DNA of 64,000 nt from Squalus acanthias (lineage: Eukaryota), in the NCBI GenBank assembly GCA_030390025.1, contig JASTWF010000350.1:434001-498000 (forward strand). The letters are read 5' to 3'. The position numbers and the translations under genes were made by a program. Within the stretch, counting starts at the first letter, position 1, and every line of letters begins with the position of its first letter. Positions 61,916 through 64,000 of this stretch are shown piece by piece. The notes beneath the pieces are model-generated. The model searched no databases, was not told the DNA's origin, and saw only the letters and a program-made list of their open reading frames with translations.

Positions 61916-62915
61916 GGGAGCGGTAGCATAGTGGTAATGTTACTGGGCTAGTAATCCAAAGGCTTGGACTAATGATCCAGATACGTGAGTTCAAATCCCA
62001 CCACGGCAGCTGGGGAATTTAACTTCAGTTAATTAAATAAATCTGGAATAATTACTAATCAGTAATGGTAACTAGGAAACTATTGGATTGTCTTAAAAAC
62101 CCATCTGGTTCACTAATGTCCTTTAGGGAAGGGAATCTGCTGCCCATACCTGGTCTGGCCTATATGTGACTCCAGACCCACAGCAATGTGGTTGACTATT
62201 AACTGACCTCTGAAATGGCCTAGCAAGTCACTCAGTTGTAACTAACCGCTGCAAAAAATAATTAGAATGAAACTGGATGGACCACCCGGCATCGACCTCG
62301 GCACCAGCTACGGACATGGCAACGGCACACCCAGCCCAGTCGACCCTGCAAACTCCTCCTCATCCAACATCTGGGGACTTGTGCCAAAATTGGGAGAGCT
62401 GTCCCACAGACTAGTCAAGCAACAGCCTGACATAGTCATACTCACACAATCATACCTTTCAGCCAATGTCCCAAATTCCTCCATCACCATCCCTGGGTAT
62501 GTCCTGTCCCACAGGCAGGACAGACCCACCAGGGGTGGCGGAACAGTGGTATACAGTCGGGAAGGGGTGGCCTTGGGAGTCTCAACATTGACTCCGGACC
62601 CCATGAAGTCTCATGGCTTCAGGTCAAGCATGGGCAAGGAAACCTCCTGCTGATTACCACCTACCGCCCTCCCTCAACTGATGAATCAGTACTCCTCCAT
62701 GTTGAACACCACTTGGAAGAAGCACTGACAGTAGCAAGGGCACAGAATGTACTCTGGGTGGGGGACTTCAATGTACATCACCAAGAGTGGCTCGGTAGCA
62801 CCACTACTGACCGAGCTGGCTGAGTCCTGAAGGGCAGACTGCGACAGGTGGTGAGAGAACCAACATGAGGGAAAACCCTACTTGACCTCGTCCTCACCAA
62901 CCTACCTGTCGCAGA
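61916..62915 (+). mobile_element. Retroelement fragment with a tRNA-like head followed by an APE endonuclease region
   Basis: A/B-box-like tagcatagtggt..gagttcaaatccc, then KQQPDIVILTQSYL..PGYVLSHRQDRPTRGGG..GDFNVHH. Confidence 0.7.
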
Positions 62916-63499
62916 AGCTGGTGAGACCACACCTGGAGTATTGTGTGCAGTTTTGGTCTCCTTATTTAAGGAGGGCTATACTTGTATTGGAGGCAGTTCA
63001 GAGAAGGTTCACGAGGTTGATTCCTGAGATGAAGGGGTTGTCTTCTGAAGAAAGGTTGAGCAGGTTGGACCTATACTTATTGGAGTTCAGAAGAATGAGA
63101 GGTGATCTTATTGAAACATATAAGATTCTGAGGGGGCTTGACAGGGTAGATGCATGGAGGATGTTTCTCCTCGTGGGGGAATCTAGAACTGGGGGGCATA
63201 GTTTCAGAATAAGGTGTCGCCCATTGAAAACGAAGATGAGGAGGAATTTCTTCTCTCAGAGGGTCGTAAATCTTTGGAATTCTCTACCCCAGAGAGCTGT
63301 GGAGGCGGAGTCATTGAATATATTCACAGTGGGGATAGACAGATATTTGAGCTACAGGGGAGTTAAGGGTTATGGGGAGCGGGCAGGAAAGTGGAGTTGA
63401 GGCCAAGATCAGATCAGCCATGATCTTATTGAATGGCGGAGCAGGTTCGAGGGGCCGAATGGCCTACTCCTGCTCCTATTTCTTATGTTCTTATGTTCC
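62916..63499 (+). mobile_element. CR1 3' end fragment
   Basis: LVRPHLEYCVQFWSP..WNSLPQ..GKWS* followed by 3' UTR and (ttcttatg)n tail. Confidence 0.9.
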
Positions 63500-64000
63500 T
63501 GTGACTTCCACACAGTCTTTGATTAGTTTGCTGTAGGGCTGCTTAACATCCATACTATAGGACAGGTCAATGCATCGTGCATGTGAGCAGATGAGAGTTT
63601 GGCTACTGGACAAATGTAACATTGCATTTTTACACATACCTTCCTAAGTTGGAGGTCAATACAGTCAGAATTATGATGTAAGTTTTAACCCTGACGCTGA
63701 CCCTTAACAGCACTGACAGTTTTAACTCGGTTCTGCTCGTGTCAGCTAACCACCTAATGGAAGATGCACCTTAGTGATGGGTTGGGTTAGTGTAAACTAA
63801 TTACCTAACTTATTAGAAATAATGTCTTAAAATATAGAATTAATAGTGGAATGTACTGAAGAGATACAGAGTTGAAAACTAGCTTGTGGTCAGAAGATTC
63901 TCAAGGTTCAAAAGTAATGTAACTGCAGAAAGAAAGTGCTGTGTGATAAGATAACAGGAATAAAGAATTGTACTGATCTCACACAGATTGCGGATAGATA

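Noticed and set aside
60745..61994. Six overlapping 328-393 aa ORFs
   Set aside because: The 19-bp repeat has no stop in any frame; only 60778-60919 is a real exon.

Overview
Eukaryotic, repeat-rich vertebrate DNA, almost certainly from a cartilaginous fish (HE1-type V-SINE, Deu-domain SINEs, abundant CR1, L2, Penelope and Harbinger elements), with one 200-N gap. The only host gene is the 3' part of a Cav2-family voltage-gated calcium channel alpha-1 subunit on the minus strand, closest to CACNA1E/Cav2.3. Thirteen GT-AG exons run from 60919 to the stop at 20153 and cover the domain IV pore loop, IVS6, EF-hand, IQ-like motif and distal C-terminus ending in DDRC. Main points: (1) two intact, mutually exclusive 97-nt EF-hand exons (37a/37b type) separated by a 1.1-kb CA-rich tract; (2) a protein with mixed Cav2.3 and Cav2.1/2.2 features that may be a distinct Cav2 paralogue; (3) an apparent 1-nt frameshift in the penultimate exon; (4) a two-gene PIF/Harbinger transposon with a three-level nested insertion (Harbinger > CR1 > MITE); (5) minimal hammerhead-ribozyme motifs in Penelope termini; (6) many intronic minisatellites. 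Most long ORFs in the track are repeat artefacts. Comparisons to known proteins are from recall, not database searches.
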